From positions 1 through 58,218 of the forward strand of contig CAMDVZ010000001.1 of assembly GCA_945878895.1 (NCBI GenBank): a stretch of DNA of 58,218 bases. Reading direction: 5' to 3'. The notes under the pieces are model-generated. The model was not told the DNA's origin, did no database searches, and saw nothing but the letters and a program-made list of their open reading frames with translations. Shown piece after piece: positions 1 to 10,176 of this stretch. The position numbers were made by a program, and so were the translations under genes. Positions within the stretch are counted from its first letter, which is position 1; each line of letters starts with the position of its first letter. The DNA is from Caenispirillum bisanense (lineage in GTDB: Bacteria; Pseudomonadota; Alphaproteobacteria; Reyranellales; Reyranellaceae).

Positions 1-101
1 CGCCCCGCTCCTTCCGGCCCGTGACAGCCGCGCTCCGTTTGCGTAACAAGCGGCGCGAAACGGCGCCCCGTTGGCGCGACGGGCGGCGCGAGGAGATTGC
101 G

Positions 102-1718
<1,617 letters not shown>

Positions 1719-1753
1719 GCGCGACGGGACGACGCCGTCCGACGACGTCGCGC
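1719..1753. terminator. candidate bidirectional hairpin between convergent fumA and nagZ
   Basis: Inverted repeat GCGCGACG (1719-1726) / CGTCGCGC (1746-1753) with an inner GGACG/CGTCC pair. It fills the 38-nt gap between the two stop codons. There is no U-tract. Confidence 0.35.
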
Positions 1754-1756
1754 CCG

Positions 1757-2785
1757 TCAGACCAGCCCGTCGAGCAGCACCGCCAGCCGGTAACGGTGGC
1801 GCGCCAAGGTCGCGGCGTCGGCGTGGTCGAAAGCCGCGGCGCGCCGCGCGTTGGCGCGGTCGAGGCGAATGCGGGCCACCGACGATAGCGGCGCGACCGC
1901 GTCGGCGATGGCGGTCATTTCCTCCATCCGCCCGTTGCAATGCAGGACCGCGTCGCAGCCGGCGTCGAGCGACAGGCGCGCGCGTTCGCCGAAGGAGCCG
2001 CCCAGCGCCTTCATCGAGAGATCGTCCGACAACAGGAAGCCGTCGAACCCGATCCAGCCGCGGATCACGTCGGCGACGATGCGTTCGCTGGTCGTGGCGG
2101 GCCGGTTGCTGGCAAGCGCGCGATAGAGCACGTGCGCCGTCATGCCCCAGGGAATGTCGGCGAGCGCCCGGAAGGGCGCGAAGTCGCTCGCGCGCAGCTC
2201 GTCGAGCGAGGCATCGACCACCGGCAGTTCGAGATGGCTGTCGGCCATGGCGCGGCCGTGTCCGGGGATGTGTTTGGCGACCGGCATGACGCCGCCCGCC
2301 AGCAGTCCCTCGGCCTGCGCGCCGCCCAGCGCGATCACGGGTTCGGGCGCGTGACCGAACGCGCGGTCGCCGATCACGTCGTGGGCGCCGGCCACGGGAA
2401 CGTCGAGCACCGGCGCGCAATCGACGTCGATGCCGAGCGCCAGCAACTCGGCCGCGAGCAGCCGACCGTTGAGCCGGCTCGCTTCGACGGCGGCGTCGTG
2501 GTCGCGCGCGTACAGTGCCGCGAAAGCCGATGCCGGCGGCGAGGCGCGCCAATGCGGCGGCCGCAGGCGACGCACGCGACCACCCTCCTGGTCGATCAGG
2601 ACCGGCGCGTCGGCCCTCCCGACGCTGGCGCGCAGATCCGCGACCAGCGCGCGCACCTGCTCGGGGGTAGCGACATTGCGCGCGAACAGGATGAAGCCGA
2701 ATGGATCGGCGTCCCGAAAGAAGCTGCGCTCGGCTGCCGAGAGGGTCGTGCCGGCGCAGCCATAGATGGCGGCGGAAGTGGTCAT
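1757..2785 (-). CDS. nagZ: beta-N-acetylhexosaminidase (GH3, NagZ)
   Basis: Internal ATG (2783-2785) of ORF 1757..2998 gives MTTSAAIYGCAG. GH3 motifs present: VLIDQEGGRVRRL and KHIPGHGRA. The extra 71 N-terminal codons are Pro/Ala-rich read-in. Confidence 0.88.
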   Translation of the reverse strand: MTTSAAIYGCAGTTLSAAERSFFRDADPFGFILFARNVATPEQVRALVADLRASVGRADAPVLIDQEGGRVRRLRPPHWRASPPASAFAALYARDHDAAVEASRLNGRLLAAELLALGIDVDCAPVLDVPVAGAHDVIGDRAFGHAPEPVIALGGAQAEGLLAGGVMPVAKHIPGHGRAMADSHLELPVVDASLDELRASDFAPFRALADIPWGMTAHVLYRALASNRPATTSERIVADVIRGWIGFDGFLLSDDLSMKALGGSFGERARLSLDAGCDAVLHCNGRMEEMTAIADAVAPLSSVARIRLDRANARRAAAFDHADAATLARHRYRLAVLLDGLV

Positions 2786-2888
2786 GGCGACAGGATAGAG
2801 GGTCGCGGAGTCGAGGGAAACGGCGCCATGCCCAATTCCGCGCCCGATGCCATCGCACGTCGCCGGCGCGGCCGACGGCGGATCCGGC

Positions 2889-3461
2889 TCAGCCCGTCTT
2901 CTCGCCTTTCCCGCCGCCGGTCCAGTTGTCGGTGGAGGGCAGCTTGACGATGCAGCTGGCGCGCAGGATGCGGGTGTCGCCGGTCGACAGCCAGACATGG
3001 CTGAACAGCATCGAGCGGGTGCGGCGGAACAGGTCCAGGCGCCCCTCGACCCAGTCGCCCTCGCGCGCGGGCGCCACGAAGTCGAACGTCATGTTGATGG
3101 TCGGCGCGAACTTGCCGCGGATGCCGGCCACGAACATCGCGCCCATGCCGCCCATCAGGTCCGCCACGCTCATCATCATGCCGCCGTGCAACGTCCCGGC
3201 GGGATTGCACATGTACGATTGCACGCGTAGGCCCATGACGAAGTGGTCGACGGTGCCCGCGGCGCCGCGCCGGTAGTACAGCGGCCCGACATGGGTGTTG
3301 TAGTTCACGACCTCCGCGCCTTGCTGGAAGTCGATGCGCCTGAAACCGTCGGGCGGATTGTCGGGGATGTGCCGGTAGATGGTGCCGCCGGGCGCGGCCC
3401 CGGCGCCGAAATCGGCGCCGCCGACGCTCGCGCCGGCCGGTGTCGTTGCCGTGTCGTTCAT
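2889..3461 (-). CDS. PaaI-family hotdog-fold thioesterase
   Basis: C-terminal 190 aa of ORF 2889..4517, starting at MNDTATT (ATG 3459-3461). Contains the hotdog motif GTLHGGMMMSVADL. Confidence 0.75.
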   Translation of the reverse strand: MNDTATTPAGASVGGADFGAGAAPGGTIYRHIPDNPPDGFRRIDFQQGAEVVNYNTHVGPLYYRRGAAGTVDHFVMGLRVQSYMCNPAGTLHGGMMMSVADLMGGMGAMFVAGIRGKFAPTINMTFDFVAPAREGDWVEGRLDLFRRTRSMLFSHVWLSTGDTRILRASCIVKLPSTDNWTGGGKGEKTG

Positions 3462-3976
3462 TCCTTGTCGGTCCTCGTGTCTTTCGGTGCGGGCATGGCG
3501 CGCCGCTCGTGAATGGGGTGCCCGGATTTCAGCAGGGCGAACAGCCCCTGCCCCGTCATCAGATCGCCGCGTCGTCCGTAGATGCGGGCGCCGACATAGG
3601 CGACGTCCTCGTCGTGACCGGTGCAGGTGGCAACGCCCTCGACCCAGTCGCCCATGCGGGTGTTGCCGAGAAAATCGGCTTGCAGGCGCAGGGTCACCGC
3701 CCGGCGACGGGTGGCGCGATAGACCTCGCTGCCCATCGTCGTGTCGAGGAAGGCGCTGAGCAGCCCGCCATGGATGATTCCGAGCGCGTTGAGGTGATGG
3801 CGCATCACCCGGAAGCCCCGCCGCAGGGTGCCGTCCTCGAGGGTACGGCCAAACCACGGACCGGTGCGGGTGGTAAACCCGCCGCGGCCGGTCATCAGGG
3901 TGAAACCAGGCGGCGGATCGGCGGCGCGCAGCAGCGCCGCGATCTCGTCCCCGGAGGGTTCGTGTGTCAGACTCAT
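3458..3976 (-). CDS. PaaI-family hotdog-fold thioesterase (tandem paralogue)
   Basis: Internal ATG 3974-3976 (MSLTHEPSG) of ORF 3458..4210. Contains the motif GIIHGGLLSAFLDT. Its stop overlaps the downstream thioesterase start by 4 nt. Confidence 0.75.
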   Translation of the reverse strand: MSLTHEPSGDEIAALLRAADPPPGFTLMTGRGGFTTRTGPWFGRTLEDGTLRRGFRVMRHHLNALGIIHGGLLSAFLDTTMGSEVYRATRRRAVTLRLQADFLGNTRMGDWVEGVATCTGHDEDVAYVGARIYGRRGDLMTGQGLFALLKSGHPIHERRAMPAPKDTRTDKE

Positions 3977-4025
3977 GTGCCTTGATAGACCGATCCGGCC
4001 ACCCTCTCCAACCACCGATCCCGAC

Positions 4026-4622
4026 ATGCCCTTTTCCGAGCCCCGCCTGCTGAGCGTCGGCCATTCCAACCATGCCCTTGATCGCTTTGTCGCGTTGTTG
4101 CGCGGTGCCGGCGTGGCCTGTGTCGCGGACGTCCGCTCCTCGCCGGTTTCGCGCTTCGTGCCATGGTTCAACCGGGCGGCCCTCGCGGCCTCGCTGCGCG
4201 ACGCCGGCATCGGCTATCGTTTCCTCGGCGACCGGTTGGGCGGCAAGCCGAAAATGCCGCCGACCGGACATGCCGGCACGATGTACGACGCGATCGCCGC
4301 CACGCCGTCGTTCAAGGCAGGCCTCGCCGAGCTGCTCGATCTGGCGGCCGAGGCACCGACGGCGACGATGTGCGCGGAGCGTTCGCCGCTCGACTGCCAC
4401 CGCATGATGCTGGTGGCGCGCCACGCGGCGCCGGCCGGCGTCGCCATGGCCCATATCCTCGCCGACGGCACCGTCGAGCCGCACGCCGAGACGGAGCGCC
4501 GGCTGATCGACTGGCATCGCGAACGCACCGGTGGCCTGCTCGCGAGCGCCGATCCGGTCGCCGAACGCACCGTCGCCTACGACGCCCGGTCGGTCTGGAT
4601 GACGGCACCGAAGCGACGATAG
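4026..4622 (+). CDS. DUF488 family protein
   Basis: Internal ATG 4026 (MPFSEPRLLSVGHSNH) of ORF 3828..4622. Contains CAERSPLDCHR, a Cys/His pattern typical of DUF488. Confidence 0.7.
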   Translation: MPFSEPRLLSVGHSNHALDRFVALLRGAGVACVADVRSSPVSRFVPWFNRAALAASLRDAGIGYRFLGDRLGGKPKMPPTGHAGTMYDAIAATPSFKAGLAELLDLAAEAPTATMCAERSPLDCHRMMLVARHAAPAGVAMAHILADGTVEPHAETERRLIDWHRERTGGLLASADPVAERTVAYDARSVWMTAPKRR

Positions 4623-4702
4623 CTTGCGAGCCGGAACGGTATCGCGGCGACCGGCCTTGCGCTAGCTTCCGGCGCTTCGATCACCGATCCGGGAGACCAT
4701 CC

Positions 4703-5098
4703 GTGCGCCTGTTCGTCACGACTGCCTTGCTGCTGGCAACCACGCTGGGCATGGCTCGCGCGGAAGTGCCCGTGCGCCCCGGTTGCTTCGGCGACATCAC
4801 GATCGAGGGACGATCCGACATCGTCCTGCCGCTCCAGTTCGGGGAGGAGCGGCGGGTCATCGTCAGCGCCACGGCGCCCGGCAGCGACCTGTTGTCGGCG
4901 ACGCTCACCATCCTGCACGGCGAGACGATCTGCTCCGAGGTCGCGCTGGCCGAGGCCGCCGGCGAGAACCAGACGCACCAGGTGTCGGCCGCCTGCACGG
5001 TGGCGATCGCGAAGGACACGCCCGCCGTCTTCACCATCCGCCTGGTGTCGGCGCCGCAGAAGAACCGCCAGATCAGCGTGCGGGCGCAGTGCTTCTAG
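4703..5098 (+). CDS. small secreted hypothetical protein (4 Cys)
   Basis: GTG 4703 follows GGGAGA (4691-4696). The N-terminus VRLFVTTALLLATTLGMARA looks like a signal peptide. I recognise no family. Confidence 0.5.
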   Translation: MRLFVTTALLLATTLGMARAEVPVRPGCFGDITIEGRSDIVLPLQFGEERRVIVSATAPGSDLLSATLTILHGETICSEVALAEAAGENQTHQVSAACTVAIAKDTPAVFTIRLVSAPQKNRQISVRAQCF

Positions 5099-5119
5099 GA
5101 TCGGACCCAGCGGACTCCG

Positions 5120-5968
5120 CTACATTCCCTTGAAATCGCCCTTCCGCTTCTCCACGAATGCGCGACGGGCCTCCTTGGCGTCGGCGGAGCCGTTCAGCAA
5201 GCCGCCCGCGTTGGACGTCATCACCATCGTCGTCTCGAGCGAGCTGTCGAGGGCGGCGCGCATGATGCGCTTGCCGATCCACTGCACCATCGGCGGCACC
5301 GCGATGATCCGCTCGCACAGCGCGCGGGTGGTCTCCTCCAGTTTCTCCGACGACACCAGGTGGTTGAGCATGCCCCACTCGTAGGCGCGCTCGGCGGCGA
5401 GATCGCCCGTGTAGGCGAACTCCAGCGCGCGACCGAGACCAACCATCTTGGGTAGATAGTAGCAGCCGCCGTTCTCGATGATCTGGCCGGCATGGTGGTA
5501 GCCGACGAAGCGGGTCTTCTCGCAGCCCACGCGGATGTCGCAATGCAGCGCCATGTCCATGCCCGAACCTACTGCCGGGCCGTTGATCATCGCGATGGTG
5601 GGTTTGCGGATCAGCGAGATGTCGCGGTGCAGGTCGGTGAAGCCGTGAAAGAAATGCTGCCGCGAGGCATCGGGTCCCTCGTGCGTGCCGCGCGCGCCGG
5701 GAAAGTCCGGCCCGGTCACGTCGGGTCCCGACGGGTTGCGCAGATTGAAGCCGGCGCAGAAGGCACGGCCAACCCCCGTCAGCACGATCACGCGGACGTT
5801 CGGATCGTCGTCGCCGGCGCGCATGTACTCGCCGACCTTGGCGAGGGTGCCGTTCATCTCGGCGGTGCCGACCAGCGTGTTGAGGCTGTCGGGCCGGTTG
5901 AAACGGATCCAGAGGATGCCATTGGGCTCGGGTTCGTAGAGCAGATAATCGACGAGCTTCGGTCCCAT
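5120..5968 (-). CDS. enoyl-CoA hydratase/isomerase (crotonase) family protein
   Basis: Full ORF. Crotonase motifs present: VIVLTGVGRAFCAGFNL and INGPAVGSGMDMALHCDIRV. Confidence 0.85.
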   Translation of the reverse strand: MGPKLVDYLLYEPEPNGILWIRFNRPDSLNTLVGTAEMNGTLAKVGEYMRAGDDDPNVRVIVLTGVGRAFCAGFNLRNPSGPDVTGPDFPGARGTHEGPDASRQHFFHGFTDLHRDISLIRKPTIAMINGPAVGSGMDMALHCDIRVGCEKTRFVGYHHAGQIIENGGCYYLPKMVGLGRALEFAYTGDLAAERAYEWGMLNHLVSSEKLEETTRALCERIIAVPPMVQWIGKRIMRAALDSSLETTMVMTSNAGGLLNGSADAKEARRAFVEKRKGDFKGM

Positions 5969-6254
5969 GGTTCGTTTCCTCCTCGATGGTGGGGCAGTGG
6001 CCTCGCGACTGTGAGCGCCCGCGAGACGTCACGCAATCGACTCCGGCGCGCGGAATCGTCGGACCAGCCGCGCATCGTCGTGGTTTGCCGCGAGTTCGGT
6101 ATCGCGCCAGACTGCGCGCGGCGTCGGAGCGTGTCCTGTATCCACGGAACGGTAAGGCGTCGGGCCGCATGGCCACGACCGCGAGTGCCGTCGGACGCGC
6201 CACGGTTCGATGCCAGATTCGCCCCGCCGACCCGACCGACGAAAGGTTTGCCAC

Positions 6255-7124
6255 ATGACATCGCCAACCGACATCGCGCACCACTACGCCGAAATCGGCG
6301 AGGTCATGCTGCATTACGTGACGGCCGGTAGTGGCCCACCGGTCGTGCTGATTCACGGCTGGCCGCAAACCTGGTACGAGTGGCGCCACACGATCGCGGC
6401 ACTGGCGCCCAGATACACCGTGATCGCGCCGGACATGCGGGGACTGGGCGACAGTTCGCGTCCGCTCGGTGGCTACGACAAACGCACGGTCGGCAACGAC
6501 ATCTGGCGCCTCGTCACGGAGCATCTGGGTCACCGCCGTTTTCTGCTGGTGGGCCACGACTGGGGCGGACCGACCGCGTTCGCCATCGCCGCGGCCCATC
6601 CCGACGCCGTCGAGAAGCTGGTCGTGGTCGACGTGGTCATCCCCGGCGACGGCGGCGATTTCAGCCAGGGCGGCCGCCGCTGGCACCACCAGTTCCACAT
6701 GACGCCCGATCTGCCCGAGGCGCTGACGCAGGGCCGCGAGCGCCTGTATCTCCAATGGTTCTACCAGACGTTCGCCTATCGCCCAGGCGCCATCGGCGAG
6801 GCCGATCTCGAGGAGTTCGCGCGCACCTACAGCCAGCCCGGCGCGATGCGCGCCGGGTTCGCCTTCTACCGCGCCATCGGAGAGGACGCGAAAGCCAACG
6901 CGGCGTTGCTGGCCACGGGGTTTCGCCTGCCAATGCCCGTGCTGGCGATCGGTGGCTGCTCCAGCTATCCGCACGCCCGCGGGCGCGGCAGCGAACCGGA
7001 GCAGAGCATGCGCCGCGTCGCCACGAACGTGCGCGGCGTCGTGATCCCCGAGTGCGGCCACTTCGTCCCGGAAGAACAGCCGGAAGCGCTGAACCGGCTC
7101 CTGCTGGAATTTTTCGCGGAATAG
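6255..7124 (+). CDS. alpha/beta hydrolase (epoxide-hydrolase / haloacetate-dehalogenase-like, Asp nucleophile)
   Basis: ATG 6255 (MTSPTDIAHHY) within ORF 6210..7124. Motifs present: VVLIHGWPQTWYEWR, the nucleophile elbow LLVGHDWGGP, and C-terminal CGHFVPEE. Confidence 0.85.
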   Translation: MTSPTDIAHHYAEIGEVMLHYVTAGSGPPVVLIHGWPQTWYEWRHTIAALAPRYTVIAPDMRGLGDSSRPLGGYDKRTVGNDIWRLVTEHLGHRRFLLVGHDWGGPTAFAIAAAHPDAVEKLVVVDVVIPGDGGDFSQGGRRWHHQFHMTPDLPEALTQGRERLYLQWFYQTFAYRPGAIGEADLEEFARTYSQPGAMRAGFAFYRAIGEDAKANAALLATGFRLPMPVLAIGGCSSYPHARGRGSEPEQSMRRVATNVRGVVIPECGHFVPEEQPEALNRLLLEFFAE

Positions 7125-7161
7125 GCCGGTTCACGCGGCAAGGAACCGGCCGTCGAGGCGG

Positions 7162-7181
7162 TGGCTGGGGCGCCAGGATTC
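7162..7181 (-). repeat. distal att core: displaced copy of the tRNA-Gln 3' end
   Basis: Exact 20/20 match to 47703-47722. Identity stops where the tRNA continues CGAACC and this copy continues CCAGCA. Confidence 0.85.
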
Positions 7182-7249
7182 CCAGCAGGATTCAGAAGGC
7201 CCCTTTAGAACAGCTAATTCATTGAATCTAATGGAGTTTTTGTCCACCC

Positions 7250-7284
7250 TGTTACGACTCTGTGTTACGAGTCCCTCCTACGAA
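7250..7284 (+). repeat. TGTTACGACTC / TGTTACGAGTC / CTACGAA motifs (candidate arm-type recombinase sites)
   Basis: TGTTACGACTC lies at 7250-7260, TGTTACGAGTC at 7263-7273 and CTACGAA at 7278-7284. The same motifs recur at 47621-47642 beside the other att core. Confidence 0.4.
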
Positions 7285-7294
7285 GGGACACCGC

Positions 7295-7491
7295 ATGGCT
7301 CTCGCCACCAACATCGTCTCGCGCCGAGGAACGTACTACGTCCGGGTGGCCATGCCGGTCGATTTGCAGGTCGACGGCGGCCCGAAGGAGGTCTGGCGAT
7401 CATTGAGAACCAAAGACAGGCGGGATGCGAAGAGCCTCGCCGCAGGCGTCGTGGGCGGCCTTCTGGCCGAGTGGGACGGTGTGCGCGGCGG
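7295..7491 (+). pseudogene. tyrosine integrase, N-terminal stub only (truncated by IS21-family insertion)
   Basis: MALATNIVSRRGTYYVRVAMPVDLQ...WRSLRTKDRRDAKSL matches the conserved N-terminal module of island and phage tyrosine recombinases. The frame runs into the IS end at about 7492. There is no catalytic domain anywhere downstream. Confidence 0.7.
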
Positions 7492-7598
7492 TGACAAAGT
7501 CTTCCACTGGAGCGGCGGCGATTTGCGGCTGCGGCGGAGTAAAATCCAGCCAGTGGTAAGGCGTTCCTTTGTCGTCAGGACGAAGGGGCGCCGAAGGG

Positions 7599-9098
7599 AT
7601 GTATGTCGTGGAGGTTTACGCGGCGGTTCGACAATTTGTTTTCAATGATGGCAAGAGCCGCCGGGAAGCGGCTCGTGTTTTTGGATTGAGCCGCGAGACG
7701 GTCTCGAAGATGTGCCGGTTCTCGATGCCTCCGGGCTATGTACGGCAGCGACCGGCGGAGAAGCCGAAGCTGGGGCCGCTGATTCCAGTGATCGATGCAA
7801 TCCTGGCGGCTGACCGGACGGCTCCGGTGAAGCAGCGTCATACGGCCAAGCGGATTTTCGAACGTCTGCGCGCCGAGCATGGGTTCGCGGGCGGCTACAC
7901 CGTCGTCAAGGATCATGTGCGGATCGAGCGCGCGCGGGGGCGGGAGACTTTTGTTCCGCTGGCGCACCCGCCTGGCCATGCGCAGGTGGATTTCGGCGAA
8001 GCCGTGGGTGTGATTGGCGGGGTACGCCAGAAGGTTCATTTCTTCTGCATGGACCTGCCCCAATCGGACGCCTGTTTCGTAAAGGCCTATCCTGGGGAGA
8101 CAACGGAGGCGTTCCTGGACGGGCACGTCTCGGCGTTCGAGTTCTTCGGTGGCGTGCCGCTGTCGATTCTCTACGACAATCTCAAGATCGCAGTTGCGAA
8201 GATTTGCGGCGACGGCAAGCGCGAACGCACGCGGGCGTTCACCGAACTGGTCAGTCACTACCTGTTCAAGGATCGCTTCGGACGGCCGGGCAAAGGCAAC
8301 GACAAGGGCAAGGTCGAAGGGCTCGTGAAGCATGCGCGGGCGAACTTCATGACGCCGGTTCCGATCGCCCCGAGCTACGAAGCGTTCAACGCGACGTTGT
8401 GCGAACGCTGCCTGGATCGCCAGTCACAACGGGCTGGACGGCACGCCGAGACGATCGGCGAGCGTCTGGCGGCCGATACGGCGATCATCAGGACCCTGCC
8501 AGCGACACGGCTGGAACCGTGCGAGAAGCGGGCGGCTCGCGTGTCGTCGACGGCGTTGGTGCGCTATCGCGGCAATGATTATTCGACGCCTACGTCTTTC
8601 GGGTTCCAGGAAGTCCTGGTGAAGGGGTTTGTCGAGGAGGTCGTGATCCTGTGTCGCGGGGAGGAGATTGCCCGGCATGGGCGGTCCTACGGCCAGGGCG
8701 TGTTCGTGTACGACCCGTTGCACTATCTGGCGCTGATCGAGATGAAGCCGAATGCGCTCGACCAGGCGGCGGCGTTGCAAGGCTGGGATCTGCCGGAGGG
8801 GTTCCAGCATATTCGCCATCTTCTGGAAGCCCGCATGGGTAATCGAGGCAAGCGCGAGTTCATTCAGATTCTGCGCTTGATGGAGGCGGCGCCGAAAGAA
8901 GTCGTGGCCGAGGCGGTGAACGACGCGATCCGGCTGGGCGCGATCGGCTTTGACGCGGTCAAGCAGATCGTTCTGGCTCGCATCGAGAAGCGCCCGGCGC
9001 GGCTCGATCTGGCGGCCTATCCGTATCTGCCGCAAACAAGCGTCAGGACGACGTCAGCCGCCGACTACGCCGTGCTTGTGTCCGGGAGCCTCGCATGA
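7599..9098 (+). CDS. istA: IS21-family transposase IstA
   Basis: N-terminal HTH (GKSRREAARVFGLSRETVSKM), a DDE-type core, and a size and layout typical of IstA. The ATG at 7599 is preferred over the TTG at 7569. Confidence 0.88.
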   Translation: MYVVEVYAAVRQFVFNDGKSRREAARVFGLSRETVSKMCRFSMPPGYVRQRPAEKPKLGPLIPVIDAILAADRTAPVKQRHTAKRIFERLRAEHGFAGGYTVVKDHVRIERARGRETFVPLAHPPGHAQVDFGEAVGVIGGVRQKVHFFCMDLPQSDACFVKAYPGETTEAFLDGHVSAFEFFGGVPLSILYDNLKIAVAKICGDGKRERTRAFTELVSHYLFKDRFGRPGKGNDKGKVEGLVKHARANFMTPVPIAPSYEAFNATLCERCLDRQSQRAGRHAETIGERLAADTAIIRTLPATRLEPCEKRAARVSSTALVRYRGNDYSTPTSFGFQEVLVKGFVEEVVILCRGEEIARHGRSYGQGVFVYDPLHYLALIEMKPNALDQAAALQGWDLPEGFQHIRHLLEARMGNRGKREFIQILRLMEAAPKEVVAEAVNDAIRLGAIGFDAVKQIVLARIEKRPARLDLAAYPYLPQTSVRTTSAADYAVLVSGSLA

Positions 9099-9982
9099 GC
9101 GCCGCCAAGAAGGTCGACAAGCCTGTCGCCGCGGAGACGATGCCATCGGGCACGACGAGCGGAACGCCACAACTCCTCCTCACGCATCACCTGAAGCAAC
9201 TCAGGCTTCCGACGATTTTGCGCGAGTACGACAAGCTGGCCAGGGAGGCCGCGCGCGAGGGGATCGATCACACGGCCTATCTGTTGCGATTGGTAGAACT
9301 GGAACTCATTGACCGGGAGCGGCGGGTCGTTGAACGGCGCATCCGTCAGGCGCGCTTTCCAGCGGTGAAGAGCCTCGATACGTTCGACTTCGTGGCAATC
9401 CCCAGCCTCAACAAGATGCTGGTGCTCGAACTCGCGCGCTGCGAATACATCCTGCGTCGCGACAACATCATCGCGCTCGGCAACTCCGGCACGGGCAAGA
9501 CTCACATTGGGCTGAGCCTCGGACTGGCGGCCTGTCAGAAGGGCTTCTCGGTCGCCTTCACGACGGCGGCGGGTCTGGTGCATCAGCTCATGGAGGCCCG
9601 CGATGAGAGGCGGCTGCTGAAGCTCCAGCGCGACCTGGCCGCGGTAAAGCTGCTGATCATCGATGAACTGGGTTATGTGCCGTTCTCGACGGCCGGCGCC
9701 GAGCTTCTGTTCGAGGTGTTCAGCCAGCGCTACGAACGTGGCTCGACCATCGTCACTTCGAACCTTCCATTCGAGGAATGGACATCGGTGTTCGGCGCCG
9801 AGCGCTTGACCGGCGCGCTTCTCGACCGGCTGACCCACCATGTCCACATCCTGTCGATGAACGGCGAGAGTTATCGGCTGACGCAATCCGCGCGCCGCCA
9901 CAAACTCGCCGCCACGGGGGCGGACGACCAGCCCGCCGTCGAGGCCATTGATCCCGACACCGGTGGAATTACCACCCGATAG
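9095..9982 (+). CDS. istB: IS21-family helper ATPase IstB
   Basis: ATGA overlap with the istA stop. Walker A GNSGTGKTH and Walker B LLIIDELGY are present. Confidence 0.9.
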   Translation: MSAAKKVDKPVAAETMPSGTTSGTPQLLLTHHLKQLRLPTILREYDKLAREAAREGIDHTAYLLRLVELELIDRERRVVERRIRQARFPAVKSLDTFDFVAIPSLNKMLVLELARCEYILRRDNIIALGNSGTGKTHIGLSLGLAACQKGFSVAFTTAAGLVHQLMEARDERRLLKLQRDLAAVKLLIIDELGYVPFSTAGAELLFEVFSQRYERGSTIVTSNLPFEEWTSVFGAERLTGALLDRLTHHVHILSMNGESYRLTQSARRHKLAATGADDQPAVEAIDPDTGGITTR

Positions 9983-10000
9983 CCTCAGAACACGGTCCCG

Positions 10001-10048
10001 CCGCCGACATGCAACGGGGCCCGATCGGGCCCCTTTGCTTGTCGGCGG
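10001..10048 (+). terminator. hairpin downstream of istB (inside the IS right arm)
   Basis: GGGGCCC-GATC-GGGCCCC (10016-10033) is followed by TTTGCTT and nested in the outer stem CCGCCGACA/TGTCGGCGG. Confidence 0.45.
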
Positions 10049-10176
10049 ATCCTCGCCTCACTGGCCTGCTTTTACTCCGCCACGCTGGCCTGGATTCTCT
10101 CCGCCGTTGACACTCTAAAGTTCATAACGTCTCGGCTTTCTTCCGGCAGTTCGGCGCGCCATTTTGGCGCCTATCC

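Larger units (their letters stand above)
7492..10112 (+). mobile_element. IS21-family insertion sequence (~2.6 kb)
   Basis: Overlapping istA/istB pair. Termini are TGACAAAG... (7492) and ...CGTTGACA (10112). The IstA-type subterminal repeat GGCGGAG(T/A)(A/G)AA..CAG.CCAG is present once at the left (7533-7556) and twice at the right (10059-10081, 10083-10105, inverted). The left boundary is uncertain by about 10 bp. Confidence 0.8.

Noticed and set aside
7174-7192. A short direct repeat CAGGATTC x2 straddling the left att core boundary (7174-7181 and 7185-7192).
   Set aside because: The unit is only 8 bp and has no partner at the right end. It is most likely coincidental, or a trace of the crossover region that cannot be interpreted further.
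7262-7648. ORF 7262..7648 (and 7222..7494) treated as an intact small gene.
   Set aside because: It is a chimera. Integrase N-terminal codons run on into the IS21 left terminal sequence, and only 7295 to about 7491 is integrase-derived.
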